64,000 nt of DNA, taken from contig CAVTET010000004.1 in the NCBI GenBank assembly GCA_963733675.1, positions 176,072 to 240,071 of the forward strand, in the 5' to 3' direction. The position numbers were made by a program, and so were the translations under genes. The notes beneath the pieces were generated by a model. The model was not told the origin of the DNA. It saw only the letters and a program-made list of their open reading frames with translations, and ran no database searches. Below, in pieces: positions 33,584 through 43,482 of this stretch (its first letter is position 1; each line of letters starts with the position of its first letter). The DNA is from an uncultured Methanosarcinaceae archaeon (lineage in GTDB: Archaea; Halobacteriota; Methanosarcinia; Methanosarcinales; Methanosarcinaceae).

Positions 33584-33676
33584 GATCTGTTACTAATGGA
33601 GTTTATGGGACTCCTAAAACATATGGAGTTCATGGAACACTTGGAACTAATTAGCTTATACCACGATCATAAACAG
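33584..33676 (-). repeat. T1 small TIR-bearing element, copy 1
   Basis: Its reverse complement matches 36414-36495 (TGATCGTGG-TAAG-TAATTAGTTCCAAGT...GAGTCCCATAA-TCCAT-AGTAA-AGATC) with a ~22-bp insertion. Confidence 0.7.
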
Positions 33677-33767
33677 AAAACAATGAAAAAATAGTTATAT
33701 AATTTTAGCTATGTATTAAAAATTTTATGAAGTGCGGTTGATTCTATATCTTTTTCTTCCCGATGAA

Positions 33768-34287
33768 AAACAGGAATTGATCAGTCTGTTAGAAGATAGA
33801 GTTAAAGAGGAGGGGAAAATAAGCTTTAAAGTATTGGGTTGATTATCTTGCTAACTGTATACTCAATATTATATTGTTGTTAACTTCCTGTTAATAGATG
33901 GATTCTCTAGATGTAGTTTTAAAAAATTGGTCACCTAATTCCGAGGCCAATAATGACATTCTTTAAGGTCATCAATATGTCCCATTTCTTTTTTGAGTCT
34001 TCTGCATTACTTATCATTAATTATAATGAAGGACAAAATAATAAGTACCGCAGAAGACTCAAAAAAGAAATGGGACATATTGATGACCTTAAAGAATGTC
34101 ATTATTGGCCTCGGAATTAGGTGACCAATTTTTTAAAACTACATCTAGAGAATCCATCTATTAACAGGAAGTTAACAACAATATAATATTGAGTATACAG
34201 TTAGCAAGATAATCAACCCAATACTTTAAAGCTTATTTTCCCCTCCTCTTTAACTCTATCTTCTAACAGACTGATCAATTCCTGTTT
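33768..34287. repeat. exact 238-bp inverted repeat (arms 33768-34005 and 34050-34287) with a 44-bp spacer
   Basis: Base-by-base reading shows the two arms are perfect reverse complements. After a 2-nt mismatch, another 7 bp pair (34008-14 with 34041-47), leaving a ~26-nt apical loop. Confidence 0.9.
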
Positions 34288-34321
34288 ACAGTATGATACT
34301 TAACTTTTGTCTAATTTTCAC

Positions 34322-34375
34322 GATTATAATGCCGAATGCCCACTGCTTCAGATGTGGGTGATCTACCTTATAATC
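34322..34375. repeat. hairpin element H-A
   Basis: Outer stem GATTATAA/TTATAATC, inner stem CCCAC/GTGGG, loop TGCTTCAGAT. Preceded by AATTTTCAC. Confidence 0.7.
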
Positions 34376-34669
34376 ATAGCAAAATAGATCGCAAGTGAAT
34401 TTATTGATTTTACCTATGTGTTTTTAATATTTTTTTTGCATTTATTGGAATTTCCTATAATATACGAAGTGATCAAGTTTACAGATACATAGACAATAAT
34501 CTGGTTCTTCGCTATTTTGTGTGAATTAAAATTAATTATCCAGTAAAGAAGTTATGACACCAACGTGATTAATGCTCTAGGAAAAGATAATGTTAGATTC
34601 TGATGACTCCACAAATAGCAACAACAATTCTTAATATTTATTTGTTTTTTGATTGCAAAAAATTTTATG

Positions 34670-34762
34670 CGAAGTTATTTTTTGTTTAGAAACTATTTTT
34701 CTATGCAAGATTATGTTTTATTTAGAAACTATTTTTCATATAATTAATTTAAAATAACTTCG
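34670..34762. repeat. 12-bp inverted repeats bracketing two 16-bp direct repeats
   Basis: CGAAGTTATTTT (34670-81) and AAAATAACTTCG (34751-62). TTTAGAAACTATTTTT occurs at 34685-700 and 34721-36. A third, related TTGTTTAGAAACTAT lies at 36375-89. Confidence 0.75.
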
Positions 34763-34879
34763 AAGATAATTATGTATTGTATCGTATCGTATCACTGGTA
34801 TCACAGAACGAACAGATCAATAAGAGTGAAAAGTCACAGCTACAGTAGGACTAAAAAGCAGAGTAGAATAGCTTGGAGG

Positions 34880-34921
34880 ACGTTGTCTTATTTCGAATTA
34901 ACGTTGTCTTATTTCGAATTA
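34880..34921. repeat. perfect tandem duplication, 2 x 21 bp
   Basis: ACGTTGTCTTATTTCGAATTA repeated twice with no spacer. Confidence 0.9.
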
Positions 34922-35228
34922 AATTTATGACTTGTGATATATATTCGAAGTAACTGGATCTGAAGAGACAGTACAGACAACTCTTCCAAGTTTCCATCCA
35001 ATCTTTTTTAATGCGCTCTATTTGGTAAAATGCATAATTTATGCCACAACAAATATGCATATTCTCAACGTCAATTTTCCATTATAATATTTTTCACTAT
35101 TAAAACCTAACTCACAAGCTTAAAAGTATAGAGAAACGCAGAGTCATTTGAATTTAAACAAATTATTTTTCCAGCTCAATTTGCTTTTCTGTTCACAAGT
35201 CTTAATACTAAATGTGATTTCATTTTCA

Positions 35229-35286
35229 CGATTATTAATATAGGATAACCACTGCGTTAGATGTGGTTATCCTATATTAATAATCG
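35229..35286. repeat. hairpin element H-B (24-bp perfect stem, 10-nt loop)
   Basis: CGATTATTAATATAGGATAACCAC - TGCGTTAGAT - GTGGTTATCCTATATTAATAATCG. Preceded by CATTTTCAC. Confidence 0.85.
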
Positions 35287-35884
35287 CGATACACAATATA
35301 GCCCACTTAGTCCATATCGATTTTATAAAATTTTCATAACTTCAATACATTTGACTATATTCTTTTTTAAAATTTTCATATCATTAATTTGAGCTTTCCA
35401 ACGATTGAACTGTATATTCCTTCCAAATAATCTCTACTTATCGAACTTGATTGTTCAAAGCATTAATTCCGTCATTTGCTACAGTAATCAGTATCTTCCC
35501 GCCTGTTAACTAAACATTAAAAAATCTTTAACATGGGAATCATTAGGATTATCGGGCTTCATTACATTGATTGAAACAGTAAATTTCATAAATTAGGAAA
35601 TTGGTAAATTCAGATTTGTTCCATGACCCAAGAACACGACCTGAATTTGATATGAAATAAACATATGTTGCTTCTTAGAAAGAACTCTATGCTAAATTTA
35701 GGAAATTATCTGGAAATAATAAAAACATCATTAATATCAAATTGTTGTTCAAAATTAAAATATTTTGTTCAGTAGTAACTTTTATTCCAAACCTATTTTT
35801 ACAAAATTGATTAAAAATAATTTAGGAATTTGGTTACATTTCAACAAAAATTAAGAGTTCCAAAGCAGAAAAGGAGATCGAATA

Positions 35885-36312
35885 AGGGCAACTTTAAAAT
35901 TTCTGAAGTTTGACACCGATGATGGTGCAGAAAATAATTTGAATTGATCGCGGGTTTCAGAAAGGAGTAATTGATTAAATTGCACGATGCAGCAATAGCC
36001 ACCTGGCCTATTGGGAAAAAACCAAAACCAAAGCATTTGCCTGATTTCCTTTATTCCTTTATTTGGCCTGGTCGCCGGGGCCACAATAGGTGCATTTGCC
36101 GGTTCCATGATCTACCTGGGTATTAATGAAGATTTCATAATATCGATCCGTAAAAAATGACTGAAGGAACTTCAACTCTTTTTCTGATGACTAGCGATGC
36201 CGTTGAGGATAGGATAGTAGAAGCTATGAAACAATCCAAGTTTGAAATTATTGCTATCAACCTAGCCAAGGAAGAAGAGGCCAAACTGCATGCAGTCTTT
36301 GCTGAAGAATAA
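35885..36312 (+). pseudogene. DUF1269-like membrane protein remnant
   Basis: Fragments in different frames: LIKLHDAAIATWPIGKKPKPK; GLVAGATIGAFAGSMIYLGINEDFIISIRKK; TEGTSTLFLMTSDAVEDRIVEAMKQSKFEIIAINLAKEEEAKLHAVFAEE-stop (TAA 36310-12). Confidence 0.55.
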
Positions 36313-36413
36313 AATTCGCCGAAAAAGAAATCAGTTTCTACCAGAGAGTTAACTTTCTGAAATCCACTTTAGTTTTGTTTAGAAACTATATAATTATCTT
36401 TTTTCTAATTTTT

Positions 36414-36495
36414 CTATTTCTGATCGTGGCCTAAGATAATTAGTTCCAAGTTTTCTGCGAGTCCCATAAGTCCATGAGTAATAGATCAGAAATAG
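36414..36495 (+). repeat. T1 small TIR-bearing element, copy 2
   Basis: 12-bp terminal inverted repeats CTATTTCTGATC / GATCAGAAATAG flanking ~58 bp. Confidence 0.75.
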
Positions 36496-36589
36496 TTTCT
36501 TATTCTATATGGAACTTTGGAAATTCAGAGATTTTAGTCAAAAACTATGCATCAAAGATGTCATAAAAACACATGTTTTGTCAGCCTTA

Positions 36590-36790
36590 CCAAGATTCTA
36601 CATCCTACTATATTTTACAGAACTTTTGGTACACTTCCGATGTAATTAAAAAATATGTAGAAAATCATGATAACCAAGAAGAAAAAAAGCATATAAACAA
36701 ATTAAAAAAAATCTTATTTTGAATAATTTTATTCATATCCCGAGCAATAGCATACACATTTACTTGCAGCGGGTGCCCCACATAAATCTA
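36590..36790 (+). pseudogene. IS200-like element relic C (3' portion only)
   Basis: SDVIKKYVENHDNQEEKKHINKLKKILF-stop, followed by TTGAATAAT...CCCGAGCAAT...TTACTTGCAGCGGGTGCC. Confidence 0.6.
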
Positions 36791-36856
36791 TATTAAATTG
36801 GAAGAAAAGATTTTAAAAGCTCCTGAAGAGAAAAAATATAATCAAGTCTAAATCCC

Positions 36857-37354
36857 CTAAAGTGGGCAACCAATCTCTTTTATTATTAGCTTTATAGCTT
36901 CATCGACACCTTTGATAACTTCAGGGCTTATCTCTAACGTAGCTTCAGTTACCCTGGCTCCTATTTCGATCCCAATGACTATAATTTCTGGAAGAAGCTG
37001 GATCTCATTCCCAATACGTAATACATCTGTAATTGTAAGATCGTGAACTGAGACCAGGTTACAAGGCTCAGTGTCTTTTTTGATAAGGTCTTTACCCTCT
37101 ATACGGTGTACAGAACCTACAGGACTGTCCGCAAGAATTGCATCCACTAAAATGATCTTTCGAGCTCCGTCAAAAATATTAAGAAGGTCGAGCCCACATA
37201 CACCTGCATCTACGATATCAATGCCTTCGCTATTTTTAAGTTCCGTTTTTTGAAGAGTCTCAATGACCTTCAGACCAATACCATCATTTCCCATTAATAG
37301 GCTTCCGCACCCTAAGACACGGACCGGAGCATGTAATATAGACATATTCTTCAT
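36857..37354 (-). CDS. vhtD: [NiFe]-hydrogenase maturation endopeptidase
   Basis: VLGCGSLLMGNDGIG and a late HD motif of the HyaD/HybD protease family. It is the last gene of the vht operon. Confidence 0.85.
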   Translation of the reverse strand: MKNMSILHAPVRVLGCGSLLMGNDGIGLKVIETLQKTELKNSEGIDIVDAGVCGLDLLNIFDGARKIILVDAILADSPVGSVHRIEGKDLIKKDTEPCNLVSVHDLTITDVLRIGNEIQLLPEIIVIGIEIGARVTEATLEISPEVIKGVDEAIKLIIKEIGCPL

Positions 37355-37423
37355 CTTACTAAGGCTTATACAGAGTGGACATGTCTATATTACCTTTCTA
37401 CATTTTTTTAAATGACTTTCAAA

Positions 37424-38200
37424 TTAATGGTTTCGGCGTCCTTTATCAACAAGATTGTTGGGAGTTTTGACAACTTCTACGTAGTGAGTATCTTTAAGGT
37501 CTTCTTTTCCTGACCAGAAGATAGCTTTGTAGTACTTCCAAATATTTGGATCAAACTCCAGAATACCAACATGCACTACCAGTTCGAAGACAAACCAGTA
37601 AGTCATCAGCAGATGAAGAACCCTCAGAAACTCAAGGGAACTCAATCCGAAAGAAGGTGCAATCAGGCCTCCTGCAGACAGGATCCAGGAAGCTATAGGG
37701 AAGCCAACTAGTGACCAGCTCTGACTGTACAGAACGATACCTGAAACAGCAATTATGACTATGGCCACACCTTCCAGCACAATCAAGATTTTCATTAGTG
37801 GGTGGAGCTTAGTCTTATAGTGTCCCGATGCTTCATCATATATGGTAAATGCTGGATATTTGCCCTTCCCAAAGAAATTACCAATTATTCCTGCCATGCG
37901 TGATGCATCTCTGGGACCGAAAACATAATGGTCCAAAAAATGTGAAAATTTTTCCTTAATCCCGCCACCAGTTGCAAGAACAATGGAAACAGGAATAAGG
38001 AACCAATTCACCACGAGCAAGAAAGGAACTGCGAACATATGGAGAGCGCGAGCTGTATGGAAACTCATAAAGCTCCAGCCAAAATAGATCTTTAACCCGG
38101 TGATAATGAGCGTCAGCATTGCAGCGGCATGAACTATGTGTACCACTCTATCAAGGAGGCTATAGCGCTCAACAATTGTTGGGTTGCCATTAGCTTTCAT
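37424..38200 (-). CDS. vhtC: hydrogenase cytochrome b subunit (membrane anchor)
   Basis: 258 aa with multiple transmembrane helices carrying conserved His residues. Positioned after the large subunit. Confidence 0.85.
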   Translation of the reverse strand: MKANGNPTIVERYSLLDRVVHIVHAAAMLTLIITGLKIYFGWSFMSFHTARALHMFAVPFLLVVNWFLIPVSIVLATGGGIKEKFSHFLDHYVFGPRDASRMAGIIGNFFGKGKYPAFTIYDEASGHYKTKLHPLMKILIVLEGVAIVIIAVSGIVLYSQSWSLVGFPIASWILSAGGLIAPSFGLSSLEFLRVLHLLMTYWFVFELVVHVGILEFDPNIWKYYKAIFWSGKEDLKDTHYVEVVKTPNNLVDKGRRNH

Positions 38201-38237
38201 TAGGGATCATCTCCTTATTATAATATTCTTCATCTTC

Positions 38238-40025
38238 TTACAATATTCTCAAGGTCCTTGGAGCGTTTTTCCCTGTCAGGTCAATTGTATGAACTGCACA
38301 TGAAATGCAAGGGTCATAGGATCTACCTATATGGAAAATTCCAACAGGATTGGCATAATCGACACCAAGAATGTTTCCAACGGCATTGATTTTTGATCCG
38401 ACGAGGGATTGTTCAAGAGGACCAGGGGTACCTGTTGCATCTCTCGGGGACATATTCCAGGTACCTGGAACTACGCACTGATAGTTGACAACCTTTCCCT
38501 TGCTGTCAGTGGATACCCAGTGTCCAAGAGCTCCACGTGGAGCTTCCCACACGCCCATACCATGGGAATCGTTACCTTTAGAAAGGTCTAAAGGTACTGC
38601 GATCTTACCGTTCGGGTCAAAGTCAACTGTCACCCACTTTAGGAGCTCATTTGCGATAATAGCAGTTTCCTGCATACGAGCTAGCATTCTTGTATAGACA
38701 TTTGCTGCAGAGTAACCTTTATCATGAAAAGCAAGGGCTAGTCCAGTTACCAATGGCTCTTTTATTGCAAGCATACGTGCAAGAGGACCGACTTCACAAG
38801 GAATTCCGTCATATCTTGGGGCTTTATCCCAGCTGTATCTGCTATTCGGACCCTGGTTATAGACTATTTTTCCCGGATCTGTAAATGGAACTGTTTCACC
38901 TTTTGAAGGAGGGAGGTTGTCGTTGTTTTCATAGAAAGAGTGAGCAATGCTTTCCGTAATCTTACTTGGATCAAAGTTTTTATGTTCGAGTTTTCCTGTT
39001 ACGATACCTGAGGTCATGAATCTATTTCCTGCAGGGCTGTTCGGGTCGTATCCGTCTCCGTTTTCGGGCTTGTAGAATCCACCATATGAAAGGAAGTTGA
39101 TCTTTGAGGGATCGCCGTACCCACCTATTCTGTCGTGTTTAAGGCTTGTAGGAAGGTGAAGGAGATTTTCTCCTACTAATTCAGAGCCGAAAGCTGCATA
39201 GAATTCAACATCTCCCCACCCTGCTGCTCTGGAAAAGTCATTTGTACTAAGTGATTTATTAATAAGGCCCTGGAGGTGCTCAACCACAAAGTTTACAGCT
39301 TTAGTAGGTGAGCTTGCCTTGTAGGTATTTTCAATCCAGGTGTCGAAGGGCACTTGGAGGGTGTACTTTGATACAAAGTCCATAACCTGCAGATAGTAAG
39401 AGGAAATCTTTACAACATCTGCAACTGTTGGCTTATAGAAATATCCTCCTGGGTATGGAGTGACAGGGCCTGGCATTCTGCCGCCTATGATTGCAATAGC
39501 TTCCTGTAAGCGTTTCTTTTCAGGTATTGCTGCCAGGTAAGAGGTTCCCGCAGGAATCGGTACGCCGTCTATTTTGTAGCTAATTGGAGCAAATCTTCCG
39601 ACCATTTCTTTCCAGATCGCGTTTCCGGTATCTTTGAGTGTTGCAAGGACATTTCTGTACGCAGGGTTCGCAAGGTCCGGACCCCAAAGCACATATATAT
39701 GAGTCGCATGGCTTGCAATAGTGTTTAGAGCCTGAAAAATGTTCCTTGTGACAAGAGCATCTTTTGGAACATGTTCAGCCACACCATAAAGATTGTCAAG
39801 GGCATTTGTAGCTGTCAAGGAATGAGATAGAGGACAAACACCACATATTCTTTGGACGAGAATTGCTGCGTCCCTTGGATCCTGATTTTGTAGTATGCGT
39901 TCAAAACCTCTAAACATCAAACTGGAACTCTGAGCATCTGTAATAACACCATCAGCACCTACTTCAGTGGATATGCGTTGATGGCCTTCAATTCTTGTTA
40001 AGGGATCAATTGTAACATTTACCAT
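38238..40025 (-). CDS. vhtA: methanophenazine-reducing [NiFe]-hydrogenase large subunit
   Basis: N-terminal RIEGH and [10 protein letters not shown], and C-terminal DPCISCAVH followed by a 16-residue extension to be cleaved by the protease. Confidence 0.93.
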   Translation of the reverse strand: MVNVTIDPLTRIEGHQRISTEVGADGVITDAQSSSLMFRGFERILQNQDPRDAAILVQRICGVCPLSHSLTATNALDNLYGVAEHVPKDALVTRNIFQALNTIASHATHIYVLWGPDLANPAYRNVLATLKDTGNAIWKEMVGRFAPISYKIDGVPIPAGTSYLAAIPEKKRLQEAIAIIGGRMPGPVTPYPGGYFYKPTVADVVKISSYYLQVMDFVSKYTLQVPFDTWIENTYKASSPTKAVNFVVEHLQGLINKSLSTNDFSRAAGWGDVEFYAAFGSELVGENLLHLPTSLKHDRIGGYGDPSKINFLSYGGFYKPENGDGYDPNSPAGNRFMTSGIVTGKLEHKNFDPSKITESIAHSFYENNDNLPPSKGETVPFTDPGKIVYNQGPNSRYSWDKAPRYDGIPCEVGPLARMLAIKEPLVTGLALAFHDKGYSAANVYTRMLARMQETAIIANELLKWVTVDFDPNGKIAVPLDLSKGNDSHGMGVWEAPRGALGHWVSTDSKGKVVNYQCVVPGTWNMSPRDATGTPGPLEQSLVGSKINAVGNILGVDYANPVGIFHIGRSYDPCISCAVHTIDLTGKNAPRTLRIL

Positions 40026-40032
40026 TTTTTAC

Positions 40033-41190
40033 TCACTCTCCTTTCATTCTTCTTACAGCATGTACGCCTGCAGCAACTGCAGCGGCGCCAATCGCGACTT
40101 TGGCTATAGTACCGACATTCTCTCCTAGAAGCACTCCCTTGCCTTCAGATTCTACATACAGGGGTCTTGAAGAGTCCGGCCAGCCAGGTTCTACGCAAGC
40201 ACTGCAGGGCCCTGCCTGGGTACACACGCTCAATGAATTGTTCCATTTGCGAATTGCACAGTCTCCATGAGCATATGGGGCTTTACATCCCAATTTCCAC
40301 AGACAATATGGCCCACCTGCCTGATCTTCGAATAGTCCCTGGTCATAGTATCCACGACGAGGGCAGTTGTCATGGACAACATGGTCTGGAGGATAGAAGA
40401 CCTTTGGCCTGTGGTACTGGTCCAGAATTACCGGAAGATCATCAGGAACTCTGATCTTTCCAAGGATTACAGCGCCTAATGTAAGGAGGATCCAATCAGG
40501 GTGAGGAGGACAACCAGCAATATTGATTACAGGTTTATCGATGTTAAGTTCACTAAGAATGCCTTTTGAAGCATCAGTCTTTAAGAAAGCTGTTCCTCTA
40601 TAATCCGTCTCATGGACAATAGCACTGTTTGCAGAGGTAATTCCTCCCCAACATGCACAAGCTCCGACCGCAAGAATGGCGTTGGCATTCTTTGCAGCTT
40701 CTCCAACGATATCCTTGAAAGGCTTGTTCCCAAGAACAAGGTAGCGACCTGAACCATTAGGTCCCATTGGAATAGCGCCCTCAACAACTAAAATATAGTT
40801 TCCTTCTTTGATAAGATCGTCAAGGAGAATCTCTGAGTTAAGTTCAGAAGTGTTTGCAAGCTTATTATCTACCCATATCCCCTGCTGGGCAAGAAGAGTT
40901 TCATGGTAAGCAAGATTGACATTGAGCTTAGTGAGTGCCTGTAAAATGTCAGGATTTGCTGCATTCAAGAGGGATTCTGAGCATCCAGTGCATTCGGCAC
41001 CATGGAGCCAAACAATCTTTGTTTCTGCAAATTCAAGAGCGTTTACGATCTCAGTTTGGTAACTGCTGAGGAATGTACTTGCTCCGAGAAAGCCCACAGC
41101 TTTCATGAAAGTGCGTCGATCCATTTTTAAGAAGTCAACACTATCCAGTGTTTGAACAAGATTTTTTATTCCAGTACTCATCTCTACCAC
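40033..41190 (-). CDS. vhtG: methanophenazine-reducing [NiFe]-hydrogenase small subunit (Tat-exported)
   Basis: Twin-arginine signal MDRRTFMKAVGFLGAS, and Fe-S Cys ligands including CTGCSES and GCPP. Confidence 0.93.
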   Translation of the reverse strand: MVEMSTGIKNLVQTLDSVDFLKMDRRTFMKAVGFLGASTFLSSYQTEIVNALEFAETKIVWLHGAECTGCSESLLNAANPDILQALTKLNVNLAYHETLLAQQGIWVDNKLANTSELNSEILLDDLIKEGNYILVVEGAIPMGPNGSGRYLVLGNKPFKDIVGEAAKNANAILAVGACACWGGITSANSAIVHETDYRGTAFLKTDASKGILSELNIDKPVINIAGCPPHPDWILLTLGAVILGKIRVPDDLPVILDQYHRPKVFYPPDHVVHDNCPRRGYYDQGLFEDQAGGPYCLWKLGCKAPYAHGDCAIRKWNNSLSVCTQAGPCSACVEPGWPDSSRPLYVESEGKGVLLGENVGTIAKVAIGAAAVAAGVHAVRRMKGE

Positions 41191-41384
41191 ATCTTGGTTT
41201 TAACAAAATTCATACATTTAAAAGAAATACAAATTAAATATTTACTATAATTATATAAATGCGAACATAAACCTATCGCTAATGTTTTCAATGAGGGAAT
41301 AGTATATAAGTTTTTTTGATTTTAACAATATTTAATACATTAATAGGAAAAAGTAGATTCCGAATATATGTGAATTACCACTCA

Positions 41385-42535
41385 TCTAAAAACTAGTGGC
41401 TTCTTGGCCCATTCCGTCCTCTTATGAGAACAAGTTCCCAAGCACACCCACAGCATTAAAGAGTTTCAGATTCCAATTAGACTTAAATCAATGAGCGCGA
41501 ATTTTTTGATATTAATTGCAGTATTAATGTCTCTTTATTGTTATTGTTTTGTAATCAGGACATTTCCATTCTATATCTCATTCTATATCTTTTAGTATCA
41601 GCTCAGAATTATGATATCCATAAAAATGACAGATCTTAGGTATGGTTCAAATTTACCTATGCATAAGAACGATTTTTCATGAGCATTCTGATCTATATTC
41701 CAATTTTGTCGCAAATAATAATGCACGCCGAATCACATATAGCCTGTGCTAAATGATGATTTTTAATCATGCCTTTAACTCAGAGTTTCAACAGCTATTG
41801 CTTAGTTCTAGTTAACAAGTTTAAAAGATAGTTTTTGTTGAAAATCATTTTTCCTATATGTTTTTCCTCGTGAAGTATAACAAGTTTTTGTTTTGCTTTT
41901 TATCTGTTTTTAGAACCGTTCTGTTTTCTGCTAACTCTTTTTTGGAGTACTTTGACTTTCTTCAAAGATTTTTTTCAAGTACTTAGGTTTACAACCTTTT
42001 TTACAGTTGATATCACAACGAAATCTTTTATCCCAAGTCTACACCAATAGGCTTAGATTCAGAAAACACTTGTTTAACTGAAAGTTTTTCCCATCTTCCA
42101 TTAAAACGCTGCTATCTTTCTTGTAAAAGACTTCGAAATCGTAGCGATTTTTAATTCGCATTCAAATATTTTGTGAAGAACTGCTTCGATTTCTCCAATC
42201 TTAGGAAGCTTAAGAGTATTGTTTTCAAAATCCACATTGTAGTGTCATGGTATCATGAATGATTAATTGATTCTTCTTTGATTTGAATTTAGGAAAATCA
42301 TTTTTTTCTTTGAAAATCTAATGAATGCAGATTCTACCTGTTTAGTCATACTCTGAAATGAATGAGAATTGACTTCTCCTAAAAATGGATTGTGGAGTTT
42401 GTTGGATCGATCAATTGTTGGATAAAGCCAAACCTGAATGATTTCATCGTTAAATACTCCATACAATTTAACAGAATCCATGTATATAGGGATGTATATA
42501 ATATTGTTAAAAAATGGATCTGAACATAAAATCAT
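41385..42535 (-). pseudogene. TnpB (IS605/IS1341-type RuvC-like nuclease) pseudogene
   Basis: Minus-strand translation with several stops gives LKLPKIGEIEAVLHK..., LGIKDFVVISTVKK..., SLKKVKVLQKRVSRKQNGSKNR-KAKQKL..., VKGMIKNHHLAQAI..., KLEYRSECS-KIV..., KICHFYGY..., NAVGVLGN...EATSF. Confidence 0.75.
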
Positions 42536-42594
42536 AGAGATTTTTGTTAATACATAACATTATCTTTGTGTGCAAGTATCGAAAAAAGATACTA

Positions 42595-42905
42595 GAATAG
42601 ATTGGTGAAGAACTCAAACAGATAATTCATGACATTGAAAAGGAAGACGATTTTGAAATTAATAGAAATGAAAACAACAAAGACATATCAATCTACTCAT
42701 TAAGAACTAGCCAAAAGTCAGTATTCTTGCGATCATTCGAAAATTGAAGCAAGAGACAGCAATTAGGATATAGAAAACTCAAAAAGAGTATTTGAAAAAA
42801 ATACTATTGGAAAAAAACATACACTATTGAGTGACGGATATCTCGCATTTTCTATCGGCAATATTAACAAAGCAGCAGCCAGAAATTATATACAGAACCA
42901 GTGTT
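42595..42905 (+). pseudogene. second-type IS200/IS605 TnpA relic, divergent from the tnpB relic
   Basis: IGEELKQIIHDIEKEDDFEI...DISIYSL (decayed HUH)...LSDGYLAFSIGNINKAAARNYIQNQ, with stops. Confidence 0.55.
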
Positions 42906-43390
42906 GAAGTTGACACTGCATCCATTGGGCTGAAAACCCTTTAATTTTAGGCTTTGTCCTATAAAATCAATCCATCAAAATTTGTTCATCGGACCTTAGT
43001 AAAGAAAGCTATAGGTATTTTTTTCTTTAAAGGATGAATAGTTACCAATTTATAGTAAAAAATTAGAGGATCTAGTGATTTGGATAGAAAAATAATTTAG
43101 AATTAAAGGATAAATATGAAACCTGAAGGCTACCAAAATAGAATTAATATATGGATATGTATATATATAAGAATATAGATTATATAGGTGCAAATATACA
43201 TATCATAATTTAATTTTATTAAGATAGCATGCATACAAATTATAAAAAAATATGATCACAAACAAGTACGATGATACTTAAACTATTACTTCATTTCGCA
43301 TTGATTTTGCATAGAGATTTTGGAGAGGAAATTTCAACAAAATATTGAGAAGCCTTTTTTTAAATGAAGATGTTGAGCAAATCAAACTTG

Positions 43391-43482
43391 AGAGGATCAT
43401 CGATAAACTTTTGATTTTCATGAATCATTTATACACTATTTATAAACATATAGCGAAATTTATGGGTTTATCGAAATCCTCT
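43391..43482 (+). repeat. M1 repeat, copy 12
   Basis: AGAGGATCATCGATAAACTTTTGATTTTCATGA...GGGTTTATCGAAATCCTCT. Confidence 0.88.

Noticed and set aside
33977-34120. 47-codon ORF running from the left palindrome arm through the spacer into the right arm (MSHFFFESSALLIINYNEGQ...).
   Set aside because: It is short and low-complexity, and a mirror-image ORF necessarily exists on the other strand because of the palindrome. There is no evidence of coding.
33768-34287. Possibility that the palindrome is a library hairpin-adapter artefact.
   Set aside because: Not fully excluded. The 44-bp spacer is AT-rich, looks genomic and is partly self-complementary, unlike the CT/GT-rich hairpin adapter sequence I remember. 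Both outer flanks also continue into unique sequence. The question is kept as a finding with read-level verification requested.
34851-35060. 69-aa ORF containing the duplicated peptide IRNKTTLIRNKTT.
   Set aside because: The peptide repeat is simply the 2 x 21-bp tandem DNA duplication read in frame. There is no ribosome-binding site and no family resemblance.
35851-36108. 85-aa minus-strand ORF.
   Set aside because: It lies antisense to the DUF1269-like pseudogene fragments, which have clearer protein-like translations on the plus strand.
41191-41300. Candidate vht promoter: a TTTATATAA box near 41262-41270 on the minus strand.
   Set aside because: The region is so AT-rich that TATA-like words are frequent. 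Without transcription start data I cannot support a specific promoter call.
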